This document shows, in pieces, positions 63,794-64,000 of a stretch of 64,000 bases of DNA. Where the stretch lies: assembly GCA_963778655.1 (NCBI GenBank), contig CAVZVA010000012.1, forward strand, positions 160,001-224,000. Direction: 5' to 3'. The notes beneath the pieces were generated by a model, which was given only the letters and a program-made list of their open reading frames with translations, did not search any database and had not been told where the DNA came from. The DNA comes from an uncultured delta proteobacterium. GTDB lineage: Bacteria > Myxococcota_A > Polyangia > Polyangiales > JAFGIB01. Each line of letters starts with the position of its first letter. Within the stretch, counting starts at the first letter, position 1. The position numbers and the translations under genes were made by a program.

Positions 63794-64000
63794 CTAGAAA
63801 TTCCGCGACTCGTGCTTGGCCCAGCCCGAGTCCATGCAGATCCCGCAGCTGTCGGGTGCGCCATCGAACAGCGCGCAGGCGTTGCCGTCATCGGCCAGGA
63901 AGCAGCGGAACCAGGCCGAGTACAGGCGCTGCATGGCGAGCGAGCCCGGGTCGCGTTGGATGTAGCCGGCGAGTGTCTCGGTGGTGACGTGGTCGCCGTT
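63794..64000 (-). CDS. C-terminus of a probable secreted alpha/beta hydrolase; runs off the window end
   Basis: Manual translation NGDHVTTETLAGYIQRDPGSLAMQRLYSAWFRCFLADDGNACALFDGAPDSCGICMDSGWAKHESRNF*, resembling cutinase/lipase-like C-termini. Confidence 0.45.
   Translation of the reverse strand, partial: NGDHVTTETLAGYIQRDPGSLAMQRLYSAWFRCFLADDGNACALFDGAPDSCGICMDSGWAKHESRNF

Overview
GC-rich bacterial chromosomal DNA. The gene content (Ser/Thr kinases, Cys-rich 'CGDG…CDDGN' repeat protein, Sel1/RCC1/HEAT lipoproteins, PilZ/EAL proteins) points to Myxococcota, probably Polyangiales-like; this is an inference. There are about 50 protein-coding genes: ilvC (partial)/purN/ilvY/RidA-GNAT, an SbcCD-like yhaO-yhaN pair (yhaN frameshifted), HU, a nitrogen cluster (glnA, glnB, porin, glnE coupled to phoD), thioredoxin, a zinc-finger + histone-fold protein (bacterial histone), OmpA, ctaA, ybhP/clsB, dnaK/hsp20 with four USP genes, an ABC exporter pair, rlmN, TetR, an ECF sigma/anti-sigma pair, AlkB with a [3Fe-4S]-type ferredoxin and reductase, a triple-FKBP PPIase and glpD. 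I found no rRNA, tRNA, CRISPR array, transposase or prophage. The intergenic DNA carries at least four families of structured repeats. The most striking are ~170-bp CTAG-bounded hairpin elements whose terminal repeats differ between copies but whose internal core is conserved and covaries. Top leads are the Zn-finger bacterial histone, the covarying CTAG element family, a duplicated IlvY operator pair around purN, AlkB paired with ferredoxin instead of rubredoxin, and a sigma54-driven unannotated small ORF. All calls come from reading motifs by eye; no database searches were run.
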